DNA of 64,000 bases from Gemmatimonadales bacterium. GTDB lineage: Bacteria > Gemmatimonadota > Gemmatimonadetes > Gemmatimonadales > GWC2-71-9. How positions within the stretch are numbered: the first letter of the stretch is position 1; each line of letters begins with the position of its first letter. The stretch covers positions 3,520,001-3,584,000 of the forward strand of contig OZ252244.1 in assembly GCA_965249575.1 (NCBI GenBank). Direction: 5' to 3'. This document shows positions 29,125 to 38,944 of the stretch, piece after piece. Both the position numbers and the translations under genes were made by a program. A model generated the notes under the pieces. That model had not been told where the DNA came from. It did no database searches and was given only the letters and a program-made list of their open reading frames with translations.

Positions 29125-29610
29125 ATGCGAAGTCTGGGTGTGGTATTGAGCCTTTCACTGCTGGCCGGGTGCGCAGCGGGGGGCTATGGGGAGTTGACGG
29201 ACGCCGAGCGCGCGGCGCTCGCCGATTCGATACGGCAGTTCGCGAACGAGATGGTCGTGACGATCGACGGTCACGACGTCGACGGATTCATTGATTACCA
29301 CTCGCGACATCCCGATTTCACGTGGGCGAGCTCCGGCTCGATCACGCCGCTCGATTCTCATCACGTTTCCATGAAGGAGTACTTTCCCGGGGTCGGGAAG
29401 AATGTGCACTTCAAGCTGGGAGACAGCCGAGTGCACGTGTTGAGCAGGGATGCCGCGGTGGCGACTTCCATCATTCACTCGACTAACATCGACGACGACG
29501 GTGAGCCGACGACAGGCCATGAGGCATGGAGCATCGTGGTTCAGCGCATCGGTGGTGAATGGAAAGTGGTGCAGGCGCATGAGTCCTACCCTCGCCGCCC
29601 GGCCTCGTGA
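29125..29610 (+). CDS. NTF2-like (SnoaL/DUF4440) lipoprotein
   Basis: AGGAG RBS, lipobox LAGC, VHVLSRDAAV, C-terminal GEWKVVQAHES. Confidence 0.78.
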   Translation: MRSLGVVLSLSLLAGCAAGGYGELTDAERAALADSIRQFANEMVVTIDGHDVDGFIDYHSRHPDFTWASSGSITPLDSHHVSMKEYFPGVGKNVHFKLGDSRVHVLSRDAAVATSIIHSTNIDDDGEPTTGHEAWSIVVQRIGGEWKVVQAHESYPRRPAS

Positions 29611-29771
29611 CAAGGAAATTCCTGCTACGCCCATTCTGAGCCCCGATCGGCGGAATGCCTGTACGCGTGCCTCGGTGCGTCGGGGAAACTCGAGGCGCTC
29701 AGGGGGGGGATAAAGGGTCGCTTTTCGAGGTCTGAGCTGAGTGGCACCCTTCGGCTCTCCGTGACGACAAA

Positions 29772-29808
29772 CAAAGCCCCCGCAGCGCTGAGCGCTGCGG
29801 GGGCTTTG
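29772..29808. terminator. Intrinsic terminator downstream of susD (possibly bidirectional)
   Basis: Perfect 18-bp arms CAAAGCCCCCGCAGCGCT / AGCGCTGCGGGGGCTTTG; T-rich tail on the minus strand. Confidence 0.8.
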
Positions 29809-29830
29809 GGTCCGAGTGTCCCGGTACGAA

Positions 29831-31291
29831 CTAGTTCGGGTTCGGGTTGAAGAAGTTAGGTGTAATGGTGGTCGGCTGAGCACATCCCGCAGGAGCCGGC
29901 GAGCGCTGGTTGCACTCGTTGGTCTCGAGCGGCAGATGCGGATAGATGATGTGCTGCGGCAGAAATCCCCACAGGTCGGCCAGCCGGCCGTACCGCCGCA
30001 TGTCCACCCACCGATGTCCGCCTTCCCACATCAGCGAATAGCGCTTGTTGTAGAGCAGCTCATCCAGCCGCGCGGTGTCCGTCATGCCCTGCCACGTAGC
30101 CAGGGCGATGGCGGGAAGTCCACCGGAAGTGGTCCGAATGAAGTTGATGTCCGTGAGCGCAGCGTCCACGTTGCTGGCACCCAGGTTCGCCTCGGCGCGG
30201 AGGAGGATCAGCTCCTCGTTCCGCATGATGGCGATGGGCGAAGAAGCGCCCCCGTTCACGGCGTCGTAGAGCGTGAAGCATGCGTCCACCACCATGCCGT
30301 GAATCTCCTTCGGCGTGATCTTCCGCACCTTGGTGAGGAAGCGCTGGTCGAGGCTCGTGTCGTCGGTCTGGATCTGCGCCTCCACCTCGTTCTCCGGCAC
30401 GCTGAACAGCTGGCGGCAGGTGGGATCGAAGAGCGGGTTGGCGCGATCACCGGACGTAGTGCTGTACGTGTCGTACGCCCCCATGGACAGCGGGGCGGCG
30501 GCGTCCAAGAACGACGCGGGCAAGTACGTGCTGAGCGCGCCGGTGAAGTCGTTGGTGTACACCGCCATGCGGGCCCGGAGCCCGCGGTTGAAGGTGAGGA
30601 AGCTGGCGGGCGTGTCGAACGCGGAAAAGCCGTCCGTCAACGGGAACAGGAACGAGCTTCCGCCCGACCCGAGGTCAGTCGCCCCCTCATCCAACATGGA
30701 GATGATGCGCGTCTTGACGGCGGCATTGTCCGCGATGGCCGCCGCGGGGTCGCCGGTGTCGATATCGACATCGATCGGCAGGCCGGCGTCGGCGAAGCCG
30801 TTGTTCATGCGAATGAACGCGACCGCCATCAACGTCTTGGCGAAGCCACTGGTCCCCGCAATCTCCGCCGCCGAGAGCGTGGTGGCCGCTCCGAGCGCAG
30901 CGAGCAGCTCGTTGCCCTGCCGGATCATGCGGAACCCCGCCAGGAAACCGGAATAACGGGGCTCATTTGCTCCCAACGGGTCTTCCAACCGGTCGAGAGG
31001 GTGTTGTGGATTGCTGGGATCGAGCTCGATGCCTTCCCGACCCATCTGCCCCATGAGGGCGGTGTGGGAGACAAGGAACGAGTTCTCGAAATCACGGAGC
31101 CCACCCAGGAGGCCCACGGCGGCGATGTTGATCGCCCCCCCCTCGCCGTCCTGAAGGGCGTTGATGCTCTGGGCCTGAAAGTCCGGGACGTTCAAGTCCT
31201 TGCACGCACCCGAGACCACAAGCGCCAGAGCCGGAACGATGAGATGAATCGCTTTCATTGATCGTGTCCTCGTTGGCTGCGTCATGGTCAA
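29831..31291 (-). CDS. RagB/SusD family outer-membrane lipoprotein
   Basis: Lipobox SGAC; RNEELILLRAEA, INFIR, RYSLMWEGGHRWVDMRRYG; directly follows susC. The start may be one of the ATGs just downstream. Confidence 0.9.
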   Translation of the reverse strand: MTMTQPTRTRSMKAIHLIVPALALVVSGACKDLNVPDFQAQSINALQDGEGGAINIAAVGLLGGLRDFENSFLVSHTALMGQMGREGIELDPSNPQHPLDRLEDPLGANEPRYSGFLAGFRMIRQGNELLAALGAATTLSAAEIAGTSGFAKTLMAVAFIRMNNGFADAGLPIDVDIDTGDPAAAIADNAAVKTRIISMLDEGATDLGSGGSSFLFPLTDGFSAFDTPASFLTFNRGLRARMAVYTNDFTGALSTYLPASFLDAAAPLSMGAYDTYSTTSGDRANPLFDPTCRQLFSVPENEVEAQIQTDDTSLDQRFLTKVRKITPKEIHGMVVDACFTLYDAVNGGASSPIAIMRNEELILLRAEANLGASNVDAALTDINFIRTTSGGLPAIALATWQGMTDTARLDELLYNKRYSLMWEGGHRWVDMRRYGRLADLWGFLPQHIIYPHLPLETNECNQRSPAPAGCAQPTTITPNFFNPNPN

Positions 31292-34290
31292 AAGCCCAGG
31301 TCGATGGAGAACCAGAACTGGCGGCTGGGCGGGTACGCCCAGAGCTCTCTCGGCACGGATCGCGAGAGGCTCCTTTCAGGACGCCACCGCGACTCCGGGT
31401 CGGTGCCGCGGTAGTCGGTGATCATGATCAGGTTCCTTCCGCTCGCGGTCAGCCGGATGTATCGGGCACCGCTCCAGAGGTTCTGCACGAACGACCTCGG
31501 GAGTTCGACCGCGAGGGACAGCTCTCGGAGCTTGGTGAAGGTCATGTCCTGCACGTATGGCGTCGGGTTCTTCCTGAACACGACCGGACGCCACTGACCC
31601 AGCGTCATCCCCGAGACGGGAGACGGATCGTCATAGTCCTTACTGTTCCCGTTCAGGTCGTACAGCCAGCCCGTGAGGTTCGAGATCTTCCCACCGGTCT
31701 GGTGATCGATCACGGTGTTCAACCTCAGCGCCTTGTAACGAATCTCGTTGGAGAACTGGAGGTTGAAGTCCGGCCGGGTCTCTCCGATGATGGCCGAGAC
31801 ACGCGTGCCATCGGAGAGGGAATCGAACCCGCCGATCTGGGTGCAGGACGAGTCCGCGGCTACGCGGGGTGACCCGCCCCCAAATCCGCCGCCGCCGAAT
31901 CCCGGCACCGGCAGCTCGGTCATCACGCACCGATAGGAGTGCCAGCTCCCTCCGACGCTCCACTGGAAGTCGGCCCTCTGCACCGGGATAGCCCGAAGCC
32001 CGATCTCGACTCCCCGAGTCCTCAAGACGCCGCCGTTCAGGAACTCGGCGCTGAATCCGAAGGACGGTGGCAGTGTCCGTTGGAGCAGCAGATCGGTGAT
32101 TCGCTTCTGGTACCAGGTGGCCTCGAGGTTGGCCCGGCCACCAAAGAGCGTGGCGTCGATGCCGCCCTCGATCTCGAGCTGGCGCTCCGGAACGATGTCC
32201 GCCGCGTTCTTGTTGGACGCGATCTGCCCCGAAGGCACGCCGCCCACATTTCCGCCCACCAATTCGGTGAACTTGGCTCCATAGAGCGGCTGATTGCCCG
32301 ACTGGCCCACGGCGGCGCGGAACTTCAGTTCATCGATCGTGCCCGGGACAAGCTGCGGGATACGATACGATGCCGATGCCTTTGGATACCAGTACAGTTT
32401 TTCGGTATCGCCGTTGTTGCTGCTCTGATCGGCTCGCACGCCCAGCGTCAACAGGAGCTTCTCACCCAGGCCGAGGAACTCCTCCTGGGCGAAAAAGCCG
32501 AAGTCCTTGACGTACTCATGGCGGGCATCGACCAGGATCGTGGTCCCGGCCGTGATGCTCTGGATGCCGCCCACCAGATTCGCGGCCACGACACGGTCGA
32601 TCTCTAGCTCCCGGGTCTCATACTGAAGGCCGAACTGCGTGGTGAATGATGTAGCGTTCGCCAACGTGTACTTGTAGACGGCGTTGGCGTTGACGTTCAG
32701 GTTGAGGTTGTTCGACCGGCCGACGGCCGAGCTCCCGAAGAGACCATCCACCGCCTCGAACTGCAGGTCCGGCGGCGAGAACACCGTGTTGTGCTGATTG
32801 AAGAAATCGGTGCCGCCCACCCCGATGAACCTGAGCGAGTGCTGCGGAGTATTGACGATGTCCAATTCCGCGCGGGCGCTGGTGATGATCCGCCAGACTC
32901 TCTCTCGGTTCTCGAGGTTGTTGGCGGTGTGGAGCGGGTTGCTGGCCACGAAGGGGTTCACCGGGTACGCGCCGCCCTCACAACTGAGCGAGACCTCCCG
33001 GGAGCCGTCCGGACAGATGGCGCGCAAGTCGTAGAAGCTGGGCGTGTTGGACAGCGCGGCCCAGAGGCTGCTGTTGTTGTTCTCGTTGATCGTGAGGCCT
33101 TTGTCACCGGTGGTGTTGACCACGTTGGTGTTCAGTTGAATGGTCAGGCGCTCGCCGATGTCCTGGTCGAGGTTCAAGCGAACCGAGCGCTTGTCGGCGT
33201 ACGTCTTGGCGATGAGCCCACCCTCGTGCCTCACGAGGCCGGTGGCGAAGTAGCGCGTGGTCTCAGTGCCGCCGCTGATCGATGCTCCGGTCTCGTAGTT
33301 GAGCGGCCGGGCCGAGATGAGGGCTTCTTCGTTGTCGAAGAACTTGCTGGCGCCCCAGCCGTCCGGCGAGCTCGACGCGGCGATCGCCCCGTAGGTGGCG
33401 ACGGCATCTGCCTCACTCTGGAAGCGACGCAGGCCGATGCGGTTGAGCACCGAGATCGTTCCGAACCGCTGGGTGATCGTGAACTGCGGGGCGCCCACTC
33501 GGCCACGCTTGGTCGTGATCAGGATCACGCCGTTCGACGCCTTGGAGCCGTAGATGGCCGAGGCGGCCGCGCCCTTCAGGACCTCGACGTTCTCGATGTC
33601 CGAGGGATTCAAGTCGGAGATCCGGTTCACGGCGTTCTCGCCTTCAACTGCGACGGTGAACCCGCGGGAGGCTTGCGAGATGAAGTTGGAAGAGCGAGGA
33701 AGGGCCACGTCGCTCGCGATTACGCCGTCGATCACGTAGAGCGGCGTGAACGCGCCGTTGATGGAGGTGACGCCCCGGAGCTGGACCAAGGCCCCGCCGC
33801 CGGGCGCGCCGGAGTTCTTGAGAATGTTCGCCCCTAACAGCTTACCCTGCAGCGCCTGGTCCAGGCTGACGGCCGAAACCTCGGAAAGCTGCTGGGCGCT
33901 CACCGTGGCGACGGCGTTGGCGAGGTTCCTCCGCTCGACGCCGGTGGCCTGGCCGGTCACGACGATCGCCTCGAGCTGGAAGAAGTCCCGTCCCAGCGCG
34001 ACCTGCACCGAGTTCTGGCTGGACGCTACCTGAACGTTCTGCCGCTTGAACCCGATGCTCCGCACGGTGAGCGAGACATCCCGCGCGGGGACCGCGAGGG
34101 TGAAGGTGCCATCATCGTTGATCGTGGCGCCGATGGTGGTCCCCTGAACGGAGATCTGGCCGGACGTCACGATCTCGTTGCTCAGCGAGTCCGTGACGCG
34201 CCCGGTAATGATGCGCGTTTGCGCAACTGCCTGTGCCACCCCTGCTGTCAAGACCAGTGTGGCTGCGAAGACAACCGACCTGAACTTCAT
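31288..34290 (-). CDS. SusC/RagA family TonB-dependent outer-membrane transporter
   Basis: AGGAGG RBS before ATG 34290; signal peptide; PLYVIDGV, DLNPSDIENVEVLKGAAASAIYGSKASNGVILITTKRG; terminal Phe. Confidence 0.95.
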   Translation of the reverse strand: MKFRSVVFAATLVLTAGVAQAVAQTRIITGRVTDSLSNEIVTSGQISVQGTTIGATINDDGTFTLAVPARDVSLTVRSIGFKRQNVQVASSQNSVQVALGRDFFQLEAIVVTGQATGVERRNLANAVATVSAQQLSEVSAVSLDQALQGKLLGANILKNSGAPGGGALVQLRGVTSINGAFTPLYVIDGVIASDVALPRSSNFISQASRGFTVAVEGENAVNRISDLNPSDIENVEVLKGAAASAIYGSKASNGVILITTKRGRVGAPQFTITQRFGTISVLNRIGLRRFQSEADAVATYGAIAASSSPDGWGASKFFDNEEALISARPLNYETGASISGGTETTRYFATGLVRHEGGLIAKTYADKRSVRLNLDQDIGERLTIQLNTNVVNTTGDKGLTINENNNSSLWAALSNTPSFYDLRAICPDGSREVSLSCEGGAYPVNPFVASNPLHTANNLENRERVWRIITSARAELDIVNTPQHSLRFIGVGGTDFFNQHNTVFSPPDLQFEAVDGLFGSSAVGRSNNLNLNVNANAVYKYTLANATSFTTQFGLQYETRELEIDRVVAANLVGGIQSITAGTTILVDARHEYVKDFGFFAQEEFLGLGEKLLLTLGVRADQSSNNGDTEKLYWYPKASASYRIPQLVPGTIDELKFRAAVGQSGNQPLYGAKFTELVGGNVGGVPSGQIASNKNAADIVPERQLEIEGGIDATLFGGRANLEATWYQKRITDLLLQRTLPPSFGFSAEFLNGGVLRTRGVEIGLRAIPVQRADFQWSVGGSWHSYRCVMTELPVPGFGGGGFGGGSPRVAADSSCTQIGGFDSLSDGTRVSAIIGETRPDFNLQFSNEIRYKALRLNTVIDHQTGGKISNLTGWLYDLNGNSKDYDDPSPVSGMTLGQWRPVVFRKNPTPYVQDMTFTKLRELSLAVELPRSFVQNLWSGARYIRLTASGRNLIMITDYRGTDPESRWRPERSLSRSVPRELWAYPPSRQFWFSIDLGF

Positions 34291-34692
34291 GCATCCTCCT
34301 TCTTGGCGTATCTCATTGGGAACGATGTCGAATCGCACCGGACGAAGCATCCCGTTTGCAGTATCACCTCCTACGTGAGTGGTCGTGAAACCCATGTGAA
34401 GAAACCGTGAACACCTCTTTGGCGTCCTTGAGCCAACTGAAGAGGCAGGGCCGCGTTACTTGGGGTCCTACCGACTACAGCAGCAGATTCGCATCTGGGG
34501 GTAGGTGGTAATCGGGTAGGCTAGGTGGGCGGGCTGTCCGCGGGAGCGGCCGACGTACCACACCACACCCCGCGGAAGTAGGTGGATGTCGACGGGATAA
34601 CTCACTTGTCGGACGCCCGCAACGTCATCGAGACATCTCCACCCTTGCCCGGGCCCTTACAGAAGCCTATGTGTAGATGTGATACCACAAGG

Positions 34693-34722
34693 ACTATAGA
34701 GGCGTTGTCCCGCGACCGTCAA
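34693..34722 (-). promoter_or_regulatory. Sigma70-type promoter for susC/susD
   Basis: TTGACG-N18-TATAGT on the minus strand, ~400 nt upstream of the start. Confidence 0.55.
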
Positions 34723-34793
34723 GGGGGGCGGAGGGCGCCCGGCAAACCGATCTCGGGAAGCCGGGCAGACGGATCGGCTTTCATAACGGGGGT

Positions 34794-36371
34794 GTGGGCA
34801 TGGCTTTAGGACTCGAGCGCGAAAAGGGGTGGGTGATTCTCGCTGTGGCGGCGTCGTTGCTGGGCTCGGATATCGCCGCCGCGCAGTTCCCGCCCGGAGA
34901 GCCCGGTTCGCAGGGGAGCGCGAACGTCCAAGTGCTCTCGCACATTCCCCTGGGTCGGATTTTCACCATCGGCGATATCGAGCTGGAGCAGGAGCTGTCC
35001 CGGCCGTACGCCTACGTGCCCCGTCTCCACGGCACCACGTCGAGCGCCGGATTCAACATCATCAGTGTGAGGGATCCCGAGCACGCCGAAATCCTCTACG
35101 AATGGCGGATCGAAGATCCCGAGCTTCATGTGGGCGCGGGATGCCTCGACAACAAGTACTTCAAGCTCCGAGGGCGCTACTACGACGTGCAGGGATGTCA
35201 GTTTTCCCAGTCGGGGCCAAACTCCGATCTGAACGCCGTCGTGTTCGATGTCACGGGACTGCCCGATACCTCCGCGATCCGCGAAGTGGGCCGGATTAGG
35301 GCGCCGGACACGCCCGGCGGGTCGCACAACATCTATCTGTACAAGCACTCCGACGGGCGCGTGCTGCTCTTTGCCACCACGTCGGCGAACCACGTGAACG
35401 TGTATGACATGGAGCGGTTTCTCGACGGCGCGCCGAATTACGGTCTCGTCGGGCGGGTGCCGCTGCCTGATGCGCCGGGCGCTTCGACGACCAGCTATCA
35501 CGACATGTACGTGGGGTACGATCCGGCGACCCGCCAGGACAAGTTCTACGGGGGAGGTGGCGGGGGGTACTTCGTCATCGACGTGACCGATCCATCCAGT
35601 CCGGAGGTGGTCGTCTCCGTGGCCGGCGTGGCCGGAGTCTCGTGGGGCCACACGTTCACTCCGACACCCGATGGGCGCTATGTGGTGGCGGAAGCTGAGT
35701 ATCAGTATGCGCCGCTTCGGATCTTCGATCTCAAGCCCGCCCTCGACGGGGAAACGCGAACCATCTCGCGGCCTATTGGCGCCTGGACGGCCCGCTGGCA
35801 GGGGTGCCCCCATAACACCGAAGTGCGCTGGCCCTACGTGTTCGTCACAGCCTACGAGGACGGGTTTCACGTGTTCAACATGATGGATCCCGCGAACCCC
35901 TATACTGTCGCGTATTACGACACGTACGAGGGACCGAATCAGCGCGGGCGCGCGGTGAGCGGTAACCCGGAGGAAGCTTGGGTCAACCCCGGTTCACCGA
36001 ACGCGTCGGGCTATGCAGGGGGCGGGCCGGCCACCGTGTCTAACGGAGCGTTCGGCGTGGACGTTCGCAATGCCGACGGCCTGATCGTGAGCAGCGACCT
36101 CGCTACCGGTTTCTGGGTCTTTCGGATGGACGGCTTCGACGGGTGGAACGGTAATCAATGGGGCATGCCCAACATCTCTAGTGCCCAGGATTGGGACAAC
36201 GGCCCCGAGGGGGCTCCCGCGGCGCGCGTGAGCCGCCGCTCCCAGGAATGGAATGCCGTCCCGTACGTCAGGGGCGCCAATGGCTTGCTACTGCTGGGAA
36301 GCGTGACCGGCGGTATGATGGTGATGCGCATGGATGGACTGGCTGCTCACGACCATCCGCACGAGCACTGA
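34794..36371 (+). CDS. Secreted beta-propeller paralog 3 with extra partial blade and His-rich tail
   Basis: Signal peptide ending AAA-Q; GGSHN, YHD, GHT, PHNTE; tail AAHDHPHEH. Start GTG 34794 or ATG 34800. Confidence 0.72.
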   Translation: MGMALGLEREKGWVILAVAASLLGSDIAAAQFPPGEPGSQGSANVQVLSHIPLGRIFTIGDIELEQELSRPYAYVPRLHGTTSSAGFNIISVRDPEHAEILYEWRIEDPELHVGAGCLDNKYFKLRGRYYDVQGCQFSQSGPNSDLNAVVFDVTGLPDTSAIREVGRIRAPDTPGGSHNIYLYKHSDGRVLLFATTSANHVNVYDMERFLDGAPNYGLVGRVPLPDAPGASTTSYHDMYVGYDPATRQDKFYGGGGGGYFVIDVTDPSSPEVVVSVAGVAGVSWGHTFTPTPDGRYVVAEAEYQYAPLRIFDLKPALDGETRTISRPIGAWTARWQGCPHNTEVRWPYVFVTAYEDGFHVFNMMDPANPYTVAYYDTYEGPNQRGRAVSGNPEEAWVNPGSPNASGYAGGGPATVSNGAFGVDVRNADGLIVSSDLATGFWVFRMDGFDGWNGNQWGMPNISSAQDWDNGPEGAPAARVSRRSQEWNAVPYVRGANGLLLLGSVTGGMMVMRMDGLAAHDHPHEH

Positions 36372-36425
36372 CGATCACGAGTTCGGGGTCCGTCTCTCCC
36401 CCGAACCCCGTCGGGGAGGTTCACA

Positions 36426-36875
36426 ATGCTGCGAATTCAAGCGACCCTCGTGACGGCGGCGGTGGTGGCGGGCATCGCTCTCTTTCCGGGCGCTGCGGCC
36501 GGCCAGTACCGTCTCGGCGAAGCGCCGGACCTACACCGACCGGGGGAGCAGGGGAGCACGAATGTGCAGGTCCTTTCGCATATTCCCACTTGGGCGGATT
36601 TTCACCGTCGGGGATATCGAGCTCGAGCAGGAGGTCGCTCGGCCGTTTGTGTACGTACCCCGGCTCCACGGCACCACCTCCAGTTCCGGGCTCAACATCA
36701 TCAGTCTGATGGGGCGCCGCCCGCGCGGGTCAGCGCCGAGGATTGGAACAACGCGCCCTTCGTGCGTGGGGCGAACGGGATGCTGGTGCTGGGAGACGCA
36801 GTGCATGGGAGGATCGCGATGCGGATGAACGGTGGGATCGTCGACCACGATCACCATCACGACGCGGATCACTAG
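36426..36875 (+). pseudogene. Internally deleted beta-propeller paralog 4 (still an open 149-aa frame)
   Basis: GGAGG RBS, signal peptide and GEQGSTNVQVLSHIP; frame shift at ~36586; jump at ~36707 from NIISL to DGAPPARVS; tail HDHHHDADH. Confidence 0.75.
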
Positions 36876-36958
36876 GGGACTATGACGCTTGCCGCTCCAT
36901 ACGCTGCCGCACCAACCGTAGCTACACTAGGAAAACTGGCGATTTGCAGGGGGTGATC

Positions 36959-38362
36959 ATGAGCATCTGTGTCGCAGTGCTGGCAGCGGGCTTACTGGGA
37001 GTGTTGGGTGGCGGAGGGGCAATGGCTCAACACCGGCCTGGAAAGCAGGGAAGCTCCAACGTAAAGATCCTTGCGCACGTCCCCCTCGGAGGTATGGGCA
37101 CGGTGGCGGACGTCGAGGTCGAGCAAGATCTTTCGCGGCCGTACGCGTACGTCTCTCGCAGGCTCCAGCCGGCCGGATTTGATGTGATCGATCTCAAACA
37201 GCTGGATGAGGCCAAACTGATTTATTCCTGGCGTATCGAAGATGCCGATCTTCACTTGGGCTCGGGCGCGGTGGACGGCAAGTACTTCAAGCTCCGGGGC
37301 CGGTACTACTACGTGCAGTCGTTTCAGTTCAGGGTGGGCGGCCCCGATGTGGACCTGGGTGCTGTCGTGTTCGACGTCACCGGGCTACCCGATACGTCCA
37401 CCATGAGAGAAGTCGGCCGACTCAGAGCCCCGGATGCACCAGGCGGATTCCACAACATATTCGCCTACAGGCACTCCAACGGGCGTACCCTGCTGTTTGC
37501 GACGCTGGAATGGCCGTGGGGGAACGTCTACGACATGGAACGATACCTGGATGGTGATCCCCTCCAGGGGCTCGTGGGGAAGATCCCCGTCCCCGACTAT
37601 CCGGCAGCGCCTGCCGCTGCCATGACCGAGGATCGCGACGGGCGCTTCGACTGGCACGATTTCTATGTGGCCTACGACCCCGCGACCCGCCAGGACAAGT
37701 TCTACGGGTCAGCTCAACCGGTGGGCTCTTACGTGTTCGACGTCACGCGCCCCGAGCAACCCAAGCTGATCACATCGATCACCGGCGCACCGGGACAAAC
37801 GAGAGATCACACGCTCGTCGCGACGCCGGATGGGCGCTACGTGATCACGGAGTCCCATTTCCAATATCGCCCGCTTCAGTTCTACGACCTGAAGCCAGGT
37901 CTCGATGGCGAGGTCCAAACGATCTCCCGGCCCATTGCCGCCTGGACCGCTGATTGGGAAACCCACGCGCACAACTTCGAGATTCGCTGGCCCTACGTAT
38001 TCGTCGCGGCGTATGAGTACGGCATGCAAGTGATCAACATGATGGACCCCACGAACCCCTACACGGTGGGTTACTACGACACGTTCGACGGCCCCCATGC
38101 CCGGGGCGGGAAGGACCCTGCCGGCATCCGGCCGCCGCACCCCTTCACGCACACGGCGGACGGGGCATTCGGTCTCGACGTGCGCAACGCTGACGGATTG
38201 GTGGTCCTGGGAGATTTCACCACGGGTTTTTGGGCCCTCAAGATGGACGGGTTCGACGGGTGGAACGGGCACGAGTGGGGGGTACCAAACGCCTCGAGCG
38301 CCCAGGACTGGGAAAACGGTCCGGATGGCGCGCCGCCGCCCGCGAGGGTCACGCTTCGGTGA
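36959..38362 (+). CDS. Secreted beta-propeller paralog 5
   Basis: Signal peptide ending AMA-Q; GGFHN, WHD, DHT, AHNFE; conserved C-terminal MDGFDGWNGH...QDWENGP. Confidence 0.72.
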   Translation: MSICVAVLAAGLLGVLGGGGAMAQHRPGKQGSSNVKILAHVPLGGMGTVADVEVEQDLSRPYAYVSRRLQPAGFDVIDLKQLDEAKLIYSWRIEDADLHLGSGAVDGKYFKLRGRYYYVQSFQFRVGGPDVDLGAVVFDVTGLPDTSTMREVGRLRAPDAPGGFHNIFAYRHSNGRTLLFATLEWPWGNVYDMERYLDGDPLQGLVGKIPVPDYPAAPAAAMTEDRDGRFDWHDFYVAYDPATRQDKFYGSAQPVGSYVFDVTRPEQPKLITSITGAPGQTRDHTLVATPDGRYVITESHFQYRPLQFYDLKPGLDGEVQTISRPIAAWTADWETHAHNFEIRWPYVFVAAYEYGMQVINMMDPTNPYTVGYYDTFDGPHARGGKDPAGIRPPHPFTHTADGAFGLDVRNADGLVVLGDFTTGFWALKMDGFDGWNGHEWGVPNASSAQDWENGPDGAPPPARVTLR

Positions 38363-38877
38363 CACCGGTTGAGCCGCGGGCTACGCGGCGTGCTGGAGCG
38401 GCCGTGCACCTCGCCGTCGCCGCCTGTCTGCTCCAGGCTTGCCAGCCCGACGAGCGGGGAACCCTGTCGCCCGAGGTGCGGGTGGAAGTCGAGCGTGCCA
38501 CCCGCCGGCTCGCGGCGGATTTCATTGCCGCCGATGGCGCAAAGGACCCCGATCGAGTGCTGGCTCTCTTCGCAGACAGCGCCAGTGTGGCAATCGTTTC
38601 GAGCGGCCAGCTCCGGTCCTCGCGGTCGGCCTTCCGCGACGCCCTGGAGGCGTTGTACGGCAGCATTCGCAAGCTCGAGATCGTGGAGGACGAGGTCAGG
38701 GTGGCCGCGCTCGGACCCGACGCCGCGATCCTCACCGCCACGTACGCGTACGAGCGGATCGCCTTGGACTCGACCGTTACCCGGGGCCGGGCGGCGATCA
38801 CCTACGGATGCCGGCGGCGGAACGGTGAGTGGGAGATCGTGCACTATCATTTCTCGAGAGCGCCCGGCTCGACCTGA
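38359..38877 (+). CDS. NTF2-like (SnoaL/DUF4440) lipoprotein
   Basis: GTGA overlap with paralog 5; lipobox LQAC; VAALGPDAAIL; C-terminal GEWEIVHYHFS. Confidence 0.75.
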   Translation: MTPVEPRATRRAGAAVHLAVAACLLQACQPDERGTLSPEVRVEVERATRRLAADFIAADGAKDPDRVLALFADSASVAIVSSGQLRSSRSAFRDALEALYGSIRKLEIVEDEVRVAALGPDAAILTATYAYERIALDSTVTRGRAAITYGCRRRNGEWEIVHYHFSRAPGST

Positions 38878-38944
38878 GCCGCGGTCGTCGTTTCGTCAAC
38901 GGGCGGCGCTCGCTCGTGGCGTGTCGACTCAATGGGAGGGCATT

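Noticed and set aside
29816..33837. Long + strand ORFs (481 aa, 348 aa, 222 aa) opposite susD/susC
   Set aside because: Shadow frames typical of high-GC coding DNA; no motifs.
38369..38944. N-terminal extensions of track ORFs (38369, 36743, 42585, 52393, 59999, 61982, 15636)
   Set aside because: They overlap neighbouring genes or promoters; internal starts with RBS, signal peptides or stop/start overlaps fit better.
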